Source of the DNA: Podarcis filfolensis
Taxonomy: Eukaryota
Strand: one strand, 5' to 3'
DNA: 64,000 bases
NCBI GenBank assembly: GCA_964270895.1
Contig: OZ185440.1
Under the pieces are notes generated by a model. That model saw nothing but the letters and a program-made list of their open reading frames with translations. It had not been told where the DNA came from and made no database searches. The translations under genes were made by a program, and so were the position numbers. Positions 1 through 12,317 of this stretch are shown piece after piece. Positions within the stretch are counted from its first letter, which is position 1. The number at the start of each line of letters is the position of its first letter.

Positions 1-511
1 ACCTCCTAGGAACTAGCAGAAAGGATGAGGAGGAATAAAGAACACACAGCAATTCCTTGGGCAGTTCTACAGAGCCAAGAATTTGGTTCCTTACCAAGGT
101 GTCCAAGTCTTCACAGCCTTGCAGCTTAGAGATTTTTTTCCCCAGCCTCAAATTAAACCTCATGTAATGAAAATACATGCCAATGAGATGGGGTTCCTAC
201 AAACCATCTCAAAGCCACATTATGTACATGTTTTCCTTTAAAGCAGTATGAGTGTGTATACTTGGATTTCATCTACTGCAGTTTCAATAAAGGCAGCTGC
301 AAAGCAATAATTTCATTGCCTTTTGACCCCAATGCTTACAATTTCCCTCCTACACTTGTATACATGCCCACCATATACTCAGGTACTGTACACACACTCT
401 ATATATTCATGTACACATGCTTACCAATTGAGAACAGTGCTTTATTGCATCTAATGAAATGAATCCATTCCACAAAAGCCTTAAACCCTAATAAATTGGT
501 TAAGGCTTGCA

Positions 512-1019
512 TAGGGATGGACACATCTGTCAAATTCAGTTCTCTTAGATTCTCATCTTTCTGAACTAAAATTCAATTCTCCATGACATTTTGCAGCAAT
601 ACGAGAATTATTCTTTTTAAAAAAATCCTCATGGAAATTCAGCAGGATTTTGGTGTGAATTTCTCCTAATAAGCACATTTTTATGTGCAGTTTTCACTAA
701 TATACACATTTTTGCAAGCTGTTTCCCCTAATAGAATGCATTGCTGTGTGCTATTTTTGCCAAAATATTAATTTTTATGCACAATTTTTTAATTTTAATT
801 TGAAAAACCAAATAAAGTTTAGAAAAAATTATGCACACTTTCCCCAAATGCATACATTTTTGTAAGCATTGTTCAGTTGGCAAACTGCATAGCAAAATTT
901 GGATGAGTATGAAATTTGACAGATATCTCTCTTTTGGTTTGCATATTGTTTTGAAAAAAGCGAATGTGATAAATTCAGCTTCAAATGAGACATGAATTCA
1001 ATCCCCTTCCCCATCCCTA
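512..1019. mobile_element. Non-autonomous hAT element (508 bp)
   Basis: TIRs TAGGGATGG...CCATCCCTA; degenerate 8-bp TSD ggcttgca/gtcttgaa. Confidence 0.75.
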
Positions 1020-2138
1020 GTCTTGAAGGTGCCATAAGAATCATCATAGTTTTTGCAACCACAGACTTAATGTGAATTCCCCTTTGGAAACTGTACAAGT
1101 GTTTTTTCAACCCTGCTTCAGAAGAACTCAGGTTGAGTTCAGCTACGAGGAAAGCCTCACTGATCCAAATGGGTCAACTGATTAGACCCACAGACAAGAT
1201 TCAATCAAGAGTAATGCAGTGCATGAAACATACTACATTCAGCCCCAGCAGAGCTACATGGCAGTGAAACAGATACCATCAAGGAAGGAAACTGAGCCTT
1301 CCAGCCATTTGACAATCTCTTCATCTTTCAAATTAGAAGTTTACGTAAGGAAGCCTGAATTTTGTTACTTGCATTATAGCAGTGGTCAAAAGTTAAGCAA
1401 CCTACGAGATTATATTGTTTACTCGGGCACTGAAAAACCAAGAAAAAATTAGCTTCACTTTGCTTGTATACAAGAAATTTTTGCAATAGTAAGAGAAACC
1501 ACAGGCACTTAAGACTGTTAACATACAATACTCCGGAAAAGAGCTCTGCACTGTGCTATTTATGCCCATCATCACAATATTTAAAACAGCAAATGTAAAT
1601 AAAATGGAGCTTCTAGCCAAAATCTGAGGTGCATTATAGGTACCTCATGTGTGAAAAATACCTTAAAATACTGCTGATAAGCAGGCTTTGTGTAAATGTC
1701 TACAATGAGGGGCTGCAGCATTCAAAATTAAAAACTCAAATGCAGCAGCCAGAGAAGTCAACTGAGCAACAGCTGTAGGAAAGTGCATACTTGATTCTGG
1801 GAAGAAGATCTGAAATTTTGCTGATTTAGAAATTTGGCAGAGAACAGGCTGGATAAGCAAGAAGAAAATGAGGAATTTTTGCATGAATCACTGGCACAGG
1901 AGAAGTGGAGTCAATGAGGCAGAAAGGGAGGAAGGGGCAAGAATGAGGTCCTAATCTCTAGCTGCTGGAAAACAGCACTCACACCTCTTGTTTCTGCCCA
2001 CAAGCACGGCAGCAGCAACTTGTCCTTTAAGTGGAAGCTTCCAGGCTCTTATGAAGGTGTTGTCTTAACATGGTAGACAGCTGCATCCGGCTACTTATTG
2101 CATCATAGAGGCTATTCAGATTTCTGGCCCTTGCCTGT

Positions 2139-2480
2139 CATTTATTTATTTTATTTAAAGCATGTACAGCCCACTTGTCCAGCTCATGAGCCTTTCGACT
2201 ACCATGAGATACAAGGATCAACAGCAGCAACTTGAAAACAACTAATAACAACACCACAGCAAATAAAACAATTTGAAGGAGGAGAGAAACCCAAAGGAAA
2301 GAAGACAAATCTGGCAGTGAGGCCACAGGCTTGCAGAAAATTTAAACGGTATTTAGGTGGTGTCTGAATGCAGTCAGTGAAGGAGCCAAGCGGATTTCCT
2401 TAGGCAGGAAGTTCCATGATGTTGGAAGAAGCCCCTTGTTTGCATCAGCCCAACTTCTTATGGCAGGGGAAATGGAGAAG
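2139..2480 (-). mobile_element. Old L2-like LINE 3' fragment
   Basis: (TTTA)n tail followed by sequence weakly similar to the 3' end of the L2 at 61646-62859. Confidence 0.4.
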
Positions 2481-5134
2481 GCTCTGCTCCCAATCACCTG
2501 ACTAGATGGGCAAGTTTAGGTAGGATGAAGTGAACCTGTAAGAATCCTGGTTATGAGCCACAGAGGATAAAGGCCTTAAACAGGTCTGGAAAAAGACTGG
2601 AGCCAGCAATGGATACAGACAGTAATAGAGTCACATGCTCCACAAGAACTAGCTCTAGCAAAACCTCCAACTGCTGCCCTCTGCACCATCTGAAGTTTGC
2701 TTACACTCTTCAAAGGCAACTCCATGTAAAGTGTGTCACAGGAAGCCAAACCAGATGCAGCTAGGGTGGTGGCAACTATGTATTCTACAGAATGCCCTTC
2801 AAGGCTACTTTATCCAACTATGTTTGCTTTATTTAAAGTATTTACATATCTAGGGGACCAGGCAGCTTGAGCTTCTATCAAAACATGAGAAATGTTTCAG
2901 ATTTTAAAACAAATACTGTGCTGTGTCTTAAGGACAATCTCTCCTTAAACATCATGCTAGAATATGCCTTGATCATAGAACAGACATTACCAGTGATCAA
3001 GGGCTTGCCACCTTTATAGACAGATGTACAACTGCATTTCGCTCTAAACTGACTGCTTTGTGAGTATGTCCTAAAGCTGCTAACCATTAGGTTAGACTTG
3101 TAACAGAATACAGCAGTCAGAAATAAGCTGGGCTGCGTTAAACACATGGTAAGAAAGAAGAACCTTATCAAACCACTGTACTGATCCAATTATTCAAACA
3201 TCTCCATATTCTGTCCTGCTGTCTGTCACATTTTCTGAAGATTTGTAGAATGACAAAGGATATATAAGCATCAAAAAGCATGATATACTGTAAACCGCCC
3301 GGTGATCCCCAGATGAAGAGAGGTATATACATTTAATCACTATTTAAATGTATTTTATTTTATTAATTAATGAGCACCTAGAACACATCACTATCCAATG
3401 TGTCTTAGCTGACCACTAGGCACAGAATATACCAATGTTGACATGTGGAATACTAACGCTGAGGCTCAGGGGAGTTAAAGTTTAATAATACCTGCTCTTA
3501 ACTATCCATGCAGCTTTCTTGAAAAGACTCTTTCTCAACCTGTTTCAGAGTGCTCTACCAACAATCCCTCAAAGCTATTGCTTAGCAGTACAATCTCCTT
3601 TTGATCATGTTCCCCCCACCCCAAAACACACACACACACACAATATATTATGCACTAGCTTCTGAAAGGAGAACGGCACCACCCATTATCACAGAATTTA
3701 AACAAAGCAAAACTGCTGGTCCCTATATAAAGTTTTCCTACAGAAAAGGGAGGGGTATGTGGAGAGGAGTATCACATGTGGAAAAAGCACAGCAATTCCA
3801 TGCGCACCACACAAAGGGGTGCTGATGTGGCAGCATGCCTGAGCTTCCTTTGCATTCATCATCAATGAATTTGTCCCTGAGAGTGTGTTAGGAACCAGGA
3901 ACCAGGAACCACAGCCCTTACTCAGGCTACTGAGGTTTCCATGAGTTTCTGTACTTCACACAGAAGAGGAAGAACTGCAAAGAAAAGTTTTACGAGGGAG
4001 TCAAATAGAACATCAGCACACTGGTTCTGAGTTGAACGTGTAAGCTTACTCATTACTCAAATATTTGCACTTTCCATCATCATTGCACTAAACTACTGCT
4101 CTGTGCTTGCGTTAGCAGGTGCGCCGTATCTCATATAATCCTAACTAAAACACTAGGGTTATATCCCATCCTGTCATAAAGGCTTAGTGCTACTTAGAAT
4201 CCATTACTCAGGCTCCCCAAAGCTAGAAAAAGAAGGAAATTAAGGCAATAGCTTTTACTGGATTAGCTTCGGCTGATACTGAAGAGTGCAAACTTGATTT
4301 ACACAGCGGCATTCTACAGGCAAAGGTGAAAAAAGGAGCACAGAAATTGCAAAAGCTTGTGATACTAAATAAAAAGTGAACAGATGAATTATTCCTTATT
4401 CTCTATAGTCAATAGCTGTTCTGTTTCAAAAAGACAGAGAACGGTTGCTTACTCATTGCCTATGGGAACACAAGTTATGTCAAGATAAGAGTTTGATTAA
4501 CTATTAGGAAAAGGATCTTAACAGCGGGACAAGTTGCATAATCTGAGCTACGTGTTGTCTGTCTGTGGCACAAACATGATGAAATCCTCCCAGGAGTTTT
4601 GTGTTTGACAGAGAAACATGGGTAATCAACTAGAGAAATAGTCAACAGCCAATTCCCATTGTGTGGCAATCTTTTGCCTGGCAGGATGTGCTCAGACCTT
4701 GACTTTGTAAAGAAAAAAGTGAGGTGGGGTTCCTCCTCAGCCAACATGTGTTCCTCGTGATTCAAGGGTCCTTTCCTGTCCTTGCACCCCCCACCCTGGA
4801 GATGGGTGCCTTGCACAAGGCATGTTCAGATTCCATTCACAGTTCCAAAGCTGCTTTCAAACAGTTTCCAAAAGCGCAGTGGGGAAACACGGCCCAAAAT
4901 AGTAAGTGATGTTACTTCAGTTATACACAGCACTGGTGCCAGCACCTGGCATCTTTGGCCCGCTGCTGGGGGCCCAGCACCCTAGAATCAAAGTTGGAGG
5001 GGACCCCAACTCCTTGCAATGCAGGAATCTGTGGCAAGGCCCACTACTGACACCTACCTTCCTCCCACTTGGGGGGGGGGGCGGATATCAGTTCAGTGCT
5101 TCAAGCAGCACACTAGATGGTAGGCTCCAGCTGC

Positions 5135-5314
5135 CAGGGGTGCCAACTTGAATAAAATATTGAGGGGGGCAGGTAAGCCCCACCCAGCATAATCGATCAC
5201 AAGACACAGCGAGCGCACACCATTTGAATGGTAAGGCTCATTAACTTGGGGGGCACCCCCTCAGATATTTTATTGGGGGGGGAGGACCTCAGCCCCTTAG
5301 ACTTGGCTCCAACA
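5135..5314. mobile_element. hAT MITE (180 bp)
   Basis: Starts CAGGGGTGCCAAC; internal inverted AATAAAATAT..GAGGGG / CCCCTC..ATATTTTATT; TSD ccagctgc/ctagctgc; right TIR decayed. Confidence 0.6.
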
Positions 5315-5849
5315 CTAGCTGCCATTTAAATTTCCCATAGTTCTTCTGACATAAAGTCGCTCTGGAAAATTTAAACCACCAGCTGCCCAGCACTGCCTGG
5401 TGTCCATCAATTGTTGGGGGGCCAAGGGCCCCCCGAATCCTACCATTGTGTTGCTACCCATTCTGCACCCAGAAACCCTAACAGCATCACCAATGTTGCG
5501 CAGTAGGGAGTAAGGGACATGCTGCCAAAGAATGAAGGATCTGTACTCTCTCCCTTGACACATGCCAAGCTTCTTAAAAGCGTGGTGTTTGGACTATACG
5601 GGACAGCCGGCAACTGGATTGTATCAACTCATGGCTCTCTCAAGCGACGAGCGGCCCTATATCTCCCGGGATAACTCATTCCACAAGCCGGACTTCTTGT
5701 TTAGAGAAGTCGATCCGACGGCAGCGCACGTGCTCCAGAAAGGCTGGGAGACTTGGGAGGATGAAGTTCGCTTGTTGATCCGCTTATCCGGGGCAGGCGG
5801 GGGTCCCTTGGCCAGCCAGCAGCCCGGCTCTTATTAAGCAGTCAAAGAG

Positions 5850-6900
5850 CAAGGCAGGCACCGGCAACATCCCCATCGCCCCCCCCCCCGCTGGGCCGAG
5901 GCGCCCTGATTCAGCCCCACCTGCTCCAGGTTAAAGGCAACCAGGAAATCGGAGCAGCCGAGCAGGGAATCTTTGACGCGTCCGTCACCAGGGAAAGCTG
6001 CTGCGAGTTCAACCAAAATAAACACCCGGCGGTTCAGTGCGTGACTCACGCCTCCTCCCCCACCGCCCCCATCTCAACTTTTCCGGAGACGAAGATTTCC
6101 CAAAAGAGAGATCCGGCATGATCGCGCCCAAGAACCTGGCGGGCTTCTTGCAGAGCAGGCGCTGCGTGCCTTGGGCCGCCTTGGGCTCCCGGGCCGAGCC
6201 GGCTGCTCCTCTCCCGGCGCGCCCTCCAAGCAGCCGCCCGCCCACAGCGGAGGACACGCGGAGCGCCTGCCTGCAGCCGCCCCGTCCCGCCAAACTCCGG
6301 AGAAGCGCCGGCCGGGAGGGGCCGCCGGGCTCCCCTTCTGCACTCGCCCCCCCCCCTGCAAGGAGCATCCCCGGGGATTTCCACCTCCCCCCCCCCGGCT
6401 CCAATTCATGGGCAAAGACAACTCTCTACTTCTGGAGGAGATGCTTTGCAGTCTTTAAAAGTGGCGGGGAGTGCCCACGGACATGCAGGAGGGGGCTCGG
6501 CCCAGACAGGCGCACGTGCTCCTCGCGTACCTGGCATAGAAGCAGCAGCGCCGCCGCCAGCATGTCTCCTTCCCCGGCGAAGCCGCCTCTCCGCTTCGGC
6601 CCCCTCCGCGCCGGGATTTGTGCAGAGGCGCTCAATACCCGCCAGTGTCTCGCTCTGCCGCCTTTTAAATTGGCCAGCCGCAGGGCGCATGCGCCGAGGC
6701 CGCCGGGGTGGAGTGAGGTTGGCTTTGGTCGGGTTCGGCAGAAGGGCTTCTCCCGACCCCGAGGCATCGTCGAGGGGGCGGGGCGGGGGCTTCTCCTCCG
6801 GTCCTACCGGCTCTGCGCTTCCAGGCGGCGATTGGAAGAGACTCGGCGACCGAAGAGCGCAGACGGCGATGTTTTCTGGAGGGAAGGAAGGGAAGGGTAG
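5850..6900 (-). promoter_or_regulatory. CpG-island promoter of a minus-strand gene that continues beyond the left window edge (possibly SLC45A3 by synteny; not proven)
   Basis: Minus-strand order: CCAAT (6835-6831), GC boxes GGGGCGGGGCGGGGG (6775-6789), NRF1 palindrome GCGCATGCGC (6685-6694), CCAAT (6673-6669), TATA-like TTTAAAA (6669-6663), then a donor CAG|GTACGC at 6531/6530. Confidence 0.8.
6531..6640 (-). other. Probable first exon of the left gene; contains an ATG reading MLAAALLLLCQ up to the donor
   Basis: About 25-30 nt downstream of the TATA-like box; ends ...CTATGCCAG|gtacgc. The TSS position is inferred. Confidence 0.55.
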
Positions 6901-7770
6901 ACCGAGATTATACGCACACACATCTGTCGAGGGAAACGTAGGAAGTTTCCACTCGTTTCAGTGAAGTCTATTTTGCAGTAAACAGCCCTGTCCCGAGCAC
7001 ACGCTGCGAGGCAAGCGTTATGATGGTCAACTAAGTTATACTCCGAGTAGACCCACTGGAATCAGTGAAGCAGAGTTAGCCACACCCATTCATTTCGATG
7101 GGTCTAGGTAGGATGAGTGTGCGATGCAATCCCTAGCTTCACTTAACATGATATTTAAGGATATTATGTTGGGCTTAATGTTTTGCTGTTAGCCTGGTGG
7201 TTGCCAGCATTTGATTATTCCTTTTGGGGGTGATTCTGGAAGCTGCGTTGAGAGGGTTTGACCCAGAACGATGACCTTCAAATATTAGTTGTTAAAGGGG
7301 ACTGCAACAACAGCCACCCAGTTCTACTCTGTGAGAAAAGTGTGAAAGATTTCCTTGATGGAAAGGCAGAGGGGAAAAGCTAAGGTTGATTTCAGTGGAA
7401 CTTACTTGCACAAATGGGGGTGGGGGAGCAATTTCTCCACTTTTTTCACTCTGCCCAATACCTAGATGAAAATAGACAGAATTACCTAATAGAAAATGTA
7501 TGTCATTTATTTTAAAAACACCACTGGATTCAAAATTTCACCTGGATTAAGTGGATCTCAAATGGCCTTCTCTCACAGGCTAAACTATTGCCTCAAAACA
7601 CACATGATGTTGATTATTTATTACTTGCAAATCACTCGACCTTTGGATGTTCAGGTATTGAAGGAGAAAGTAAAGAGAGCTGCTGCACTACAAACATTTC
7701 TGTCCTTCCCTCCTTTGGAATCTACAATCAGCAAATGGCCTCTCTTACTTAATAACTCAATGGACTGAGT

Positions 7771-7906
7771 CAGGCATCCCCAACCTTCGGCCCTCCAAAT
7801 GTTTTGGACTACAATTCCCATCATCCCTGACCACTGGTCCTGTTAGCTAGGGATCATGGGAGTTGTAGGCCAAAAGATCTGAAGGGCCGCAGGTTGGGGA
7901 TGCCTA
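7771..7906. mobile_element. Palindromic hAT-type MITE (136 bp)
   Basis: CAGGCATCCCCAAC...GTTGGGGATGCCTA with an internal fold-back ACTACAATTCCCAT/ATGGGAGTTGTAG. Confidence 0.8.
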
Positions 7907-9927
7907 TACTGTAGAGAAAGAACTTTCTAACCTAGCTATATCAGTGGAAATTCCTTGTATCTTACCTCCATTTTAAGCCTGTTCTAGTAGAGGGGGGGTC
8001 AGGAGAGTAATACTATGCACATTTACCTCTGAGTAAGGCCCACTGAGCATAGGGTTTCTCTCTCTGTGATGCCCATGGCCTTTCCTGCATAGGATGTTGC
8101 CCATGGCACTGGTGTCACAAAGTTACTTTGGGCAGCCAAATGAAATGCTGTTAGCTAGATAGGATGTCATCACCATTTTGGCTAAACATTGGAAGAAATT
8201 TCCTTGTGCTAAGAGCTGCTCAAGCGTTCAGCAGACCGCCTTGGGAGGTGGCAAGCAGCCTGTTCAGCAATATCATCTTTGAATGGAGCAATGCCCTGTG
8301 AATCTTCTGCCACTCATGCATCATTTGTGGATGCTACAAGGGCAATTTGTTTTAACTCCGTGTAAATTTGCATAGAAATTGATTTCACGCTCTGGTCCAT
8401 TTAGAACTTCATGCAGCATGAGGTTGTGACAACTCTTCAGCCATACATGAATGTGGACATTCCCTGAACATATGTGTGGCCAAATAGATGTTTGCCCAAA
8501 AGCTTGCAAACAGAGGCACAGACGCATTTGGGGGGTGGGGTGACATCTGTTCTCCAATTAGACAAGCACTTACAGATACAGTATACAATTCAGTGGAGCT
8601 GAGCCAATTTATTCTCACTCGTGACTGGGCCAGGACTTTAGCCAAATGTAGTACCCACTAAACGAAGGCCAGTTAAAATATTGCAACTGCCAGATATCAT
8701 TGCCTCCTCTTCTTCACTTACCATCTCATCCCTTGCACTTTTAATTTAATTTTGGATTGACTGCACAACAGTCGCCTTGTTTTCCATGCCGGACAGCTGT
8801 TCCATCCAAATTGCTTGCAGACTGGAACCCGCACTGCATGGGAAAAAGCATGTGGAACACCTGCACTCAGAGTCACTTGAACCAATGGGAACAAATCCAT
8901 TGGCATGGCTCTTGAAGGCAACTGAAGGGTGCAAAAAGACAGCACTGTTTCCTTTAGAAGCTCCAAGTGCTTCCCAGCTCCTGCTCATTGTGCAATTGTA
9001 AAAAAAACAAAAACAAAAAAAACCACAATTCTATTTATATTTGTAAAAATAACAGGAGTTCAAAACTGATGTGGAGAGATTTCTAACCAGGAAGCATCAT
9101 TTATTTTGTGTGAGAGAAAAGTAGTTAGGTAAATGTTGATGTCGGTTGCTTTTCCTGCATTTTGAGTTCCAGATGGAGTTTGCATTTTTTCAGTGATCCA
9201 AGTCTAAAAATGCCCACCTGCAGGGAATTACTAACATGAACATATTCTCACAAGGGTGAGAGAGTTAGGGACAGAATGGAAATAAGAATGAGTAGAAACT
9301 TAAGCTGTAAAACTTTAAGGGCTGCTGCTATTGAATGATTGTCTTCCTTTTCAGTTGTTACTAAACCAGTTAAAATAAGATTCTAAAGACAGTCTACAGG
9401 CCATACATTAGATTTTCCCAGCTATACTCTACTAAAAAAATACCCACCACCCTTTCTAATAACAAACTGAGGTGGTAAGTGCCCATAGGAATGGTGTTCC
9501 TAAAAAATAGAGCCACTGAGAAACATGGACGAGGTATTAGCAAAAAACCCAACCCCTCCAAGAAACCAGCTCAGTGATAACTGAGCATGCCCAGTACTCA
9601 TGGAATGTTGGGAAAGGGGCAGGAGGAACAGAATGGAATATCCTGAAGGAGGGACATGGTTGGCTGGAAACCCTGAGCGCTGCTGTTAGGAGTTTCCACT
9701 TGACAACAGTGAAGGTCTCATATTCCATATTGTTAATGGCCTGAGATACATTTTAACCACTTGCTTCAAGCCTAATGGCCATAGCCCAGTGCCATGTTGC
9801 ATGTGCACAAGTCACACTGAAATCAAGCTTATGCAAGCTTGAATCATTACACTGGATCATTCATAGCCACTGACATCCAAGCTCAATCAGCACAGAGTGT
9901 TTTCCATTGCATGGATAATTATTAGCT

Positions 9928-10000
9928 GTGATTCCTGCATTGCAAGGGGTTGGACTGGATGGTCCTTGGGGTCCCTTTAAACCCTACAATTCTATGATTC
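9928..10000 (+). mobile_element. CR1 LINE 3' tail
   Basis: GTGATTCCTGCATTGC..GGGTTGGACT...ATTCTATGATTC, the CR1 terminal octamer; the reverse-oriented sister copy is at 21630-21690. Confidence 0.7.
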
Positions 10001-10379
10001 AACATTTAAGTCTCCATTTGAAGTTTTGTGTTTGCTGACTTTCATATTCTAAGCATAATACAGCAGAAATATTGTGCTTATCGTGTATACGTTTATGGAA
10101 AATGCCGTTCCAGTGGTCAGAAACAATACAGTTGTAACTGCCTAAGAAGTCAAGGAAGAGGAAGTGTAACGGTCACATCAGTTGCCTCATCTGATCAGAT
10201 GTCTTCACATAGTTACCCTATTATCTAACAATGACATGCCCCAGCAAGCTGCAGTCACCAAACTGCCATAATGTGGTCCCTTTCTTTGTGATAAACAGAT
10301 TTCAGACACAGAAACATACCGGTAGGGTTTTTTTTTTTTACCAGAAATGTACAGAGGTGTTATGCTATTCACAACTAAC

Positions 10380-10804
10380 TGTTACTATTAGCATATAAAG
10401 CCCTTAACAACTTGGGACCGGTTTACCTACAAGAGGGCCTTATTCCTCATGTGCCCACTCAACCGCTTTGATTGGCAGAACTGGCACTACTGCAGATGCC
10501 ACATAATACCCGTTCCATATTTGTAAGAACTCAGATCGTTTAGTGTGGCAGCATCTGCCTATTGAGATCAAGCAGGAACCTTCACTGAACTCTTTTTGGC
10601 GCCTGCTGAAAACATTCTTCTTTAGGAAAGCCTTCCCAGATGCTTGGAAGGTTGGGGGAATTTTAATCTGTTTTAATATTTTGTATGTTCTAAAGTATGG
10701 TTGTGAATTATTCTTGATTTTATTATCTTTTTGTAAACTGCTTTGAGGTCATTAACAATCAAGCGGTGTATAAATCTTATGAAATCAATCAATCAATCAA
10801 TCAA
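10380..10804 (+). mobile_element. L2 LINE 3' fragment with (TCAA)n tail
   Basis: Decayed RT C-terminus (YKALNNLGPVYL..., LPIEIKQEPSLNSFWRLLKTFFFRKAF), homologous to the L2 at 61.6-62.9 kb; tandem-repeat tail. Confidence 0.8.
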
Positions 10805-10806
10805 GA

Positions 10807-10933
10807 ACATCTGAAGAAGTGTGCACACAAAAGCTCATACCAATAACTTAGTTGGTCTCTAAGGTGCTACTGGAAGGAATTTTTTTTATTTTGTTTCGAC
10901 TACAGCAGACCAACACGGCTACCTACCTGTAAC
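10807..10933 (+). mobile_element. Penelope-like element terminus with a decayed minimal hammerhead ribozyme
   Basis: CTGAAGA-a-GTGTGC..ACAC-aAAA-GCTC-ATACC followed by TTAGTTGGTCTCTAAGGTGCTAC...GCTACCTACCTGTAAC. Confidence 0.7.
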
Positions 10934-11582
10934 TATAATCAAGAACTGAGTATGACTTAAGTCAGCTACCACCCAGTGAACACAATATTCTGGCTTGCAT
11001 TTACTCTGGATCCCTAGTTGGTTTCTAGTAAATATTGGAAAGCAAAATAATGACAGTGGTTCAGAATTGCTGTGCATTGTAACATCTTAAAAGATTAGAA
11101 TGCCCCCAGAACTTAGACAGCCGGGTCCTTGACATTGTCAATGCATGTGTCTCTTGGACTTAACTTCCCTTCCTCTCCAAACAAAAAGCGTAGTCTCAGT
11201 TCAAACATCCCACCCATAAAATGAGTAATCAGGAGACAATAATACTCCAAAATCAAGGGAGGACTAATACTGAACTCCCATCTCCTCCAAAAGTAGAAAA
11301 ATCTACAGGCTACTAATCAAGTCAATGAAGATTGTTGGGTGCTATGAAAAATTAGGGCACTGATTCAGGAGCCTAAGTATGTGTTTGGAAGTCTATTTTT
11401 AGACATCAGTGCTTCATTACCAAAGGTTATAACCAAGACTGAAGCACTGTTATTATGCTAGTTTAACCTCCCTCTTCCCAGATTTACTAACTAGAGAACT
11501 TTCAAGGGCCTTTTTCAAGTACTGAGAACCCAAAAGGCAAGCCTTATTTCCACTGCTAAATCTAGGCGCCGTCCTTCACCCA

Positions 11583-11672
11583 CAGTGCCAGCCTGTGCAT
11601 GTTTACTCAGGAGTAAGTCCCACAGTATTCAGTGGGACTTGCTCCCAGGTAAATGTGCACAGAACTGCAGCC
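11583..11672. repeat. Short (about 90 bp) imperfect-palindrome MITE family; other copies at about 37685-37774, 47700-47789, 55383-55450, 57950-58035 and 58708-58830
   Basis: Shared core GGCTGCAATCCT..CACTTAC(C/T)TGGGAGTAAG(C/T)CCCA(C/T)TGAA...GACTTAC; superfamily not determined. Confidence 0.7.
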
Positions 11673-11800
11673 CCAAACATCAAAGACAGAGGTGTGTCAG
11701 TGTGTCAGCAATGAGACCCAAGAAGCAATGGTGATCAGAAATAGCAGAGAAGCTTGCTATACAAATGCTGACCAAGGAGTAAGAAAGCCAGAAGAAATTA

Positions 11801-12059
11801 CCGTATTTTTCGCTCTATAGGATGCACCAGACGATAAGACGCACCTAGTTTTTGGAGGAGGAAAACAAGAAAAATAATATTCTGAATCCCAGAAGCCAGA
11901 ACAGCAAGAGGGATCGCTGCGCAGTGAAAGCAGCAATCCCTCTTGCTGTTCTGGCTTCTGGGATAGCTGCGCAGCCTGCATTCACTCCATAAGACGCACA
12001 CACACTTCCCCTTACTTTTTAGGAGGGAAAAAGTGAGTCTTATAGAGCAAAAAATACGG
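11801..12059. mobile_element. Tc1/mariner-pogo (Tigger-like) MITE (259 bp) with a 34-bp internal hairpin
   Basis: TA|CCGTATTTTTCGCTCTATA...TATAGAGCAAAAAATACGG|TA; TA target duplication. Confidence 0.9.
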
Positions 12060-12175
12060 TAAGTCTCTTGGTCAAGGTCAGCCAGCAAATCAATTAGCAG
12101 GCTTTTTTAGAAAATGAAACAAAACTCAAGGCCCACTGACCCTTCTCCTGAAGTTTAGCCCACTAGGCTCTAGAT

Positions 12176-12317
12176 CAGGGATGAGAAAGGACCTGTGGCC
12201 CTTCAGATGTTGTAAAGACTCCAAATCCCATCAGCCCCAGCCAGCAGGGGCAACAGTCAGGGATGAAGGGAGTTGTAGTCCAGCAACGCCTGGACGACCA
12301 CATGTTCCTCACCCCAA
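12176..12317. mobile_element. Palindromic hAT-type MITE, related to 7771-7906
   Basis: CAGGGATGAG...CCTCACCCC; shared ACTCCAAATCCCATCA/GATGAAGGGAGTTGTAGT core; left flank CTCTAGAT. Confidence 0.65.

Noticed and set aside
4475-4816. 113-aa minus-strand ORF downstream of the left promoter
   Set aside because: No recognisable homology or convincing splice-site pair; partly overlaps repeat-like sequence.
6009-6964. 287-aa ORF (6037..6900) and overlapping ORFs on both strands
   Set aside because: GC-rich CpG-island shadow ORFs: nearly all frames are open, the products are low-complexity Arg/Pro/Gly/Ala, and no domain is recognisable.
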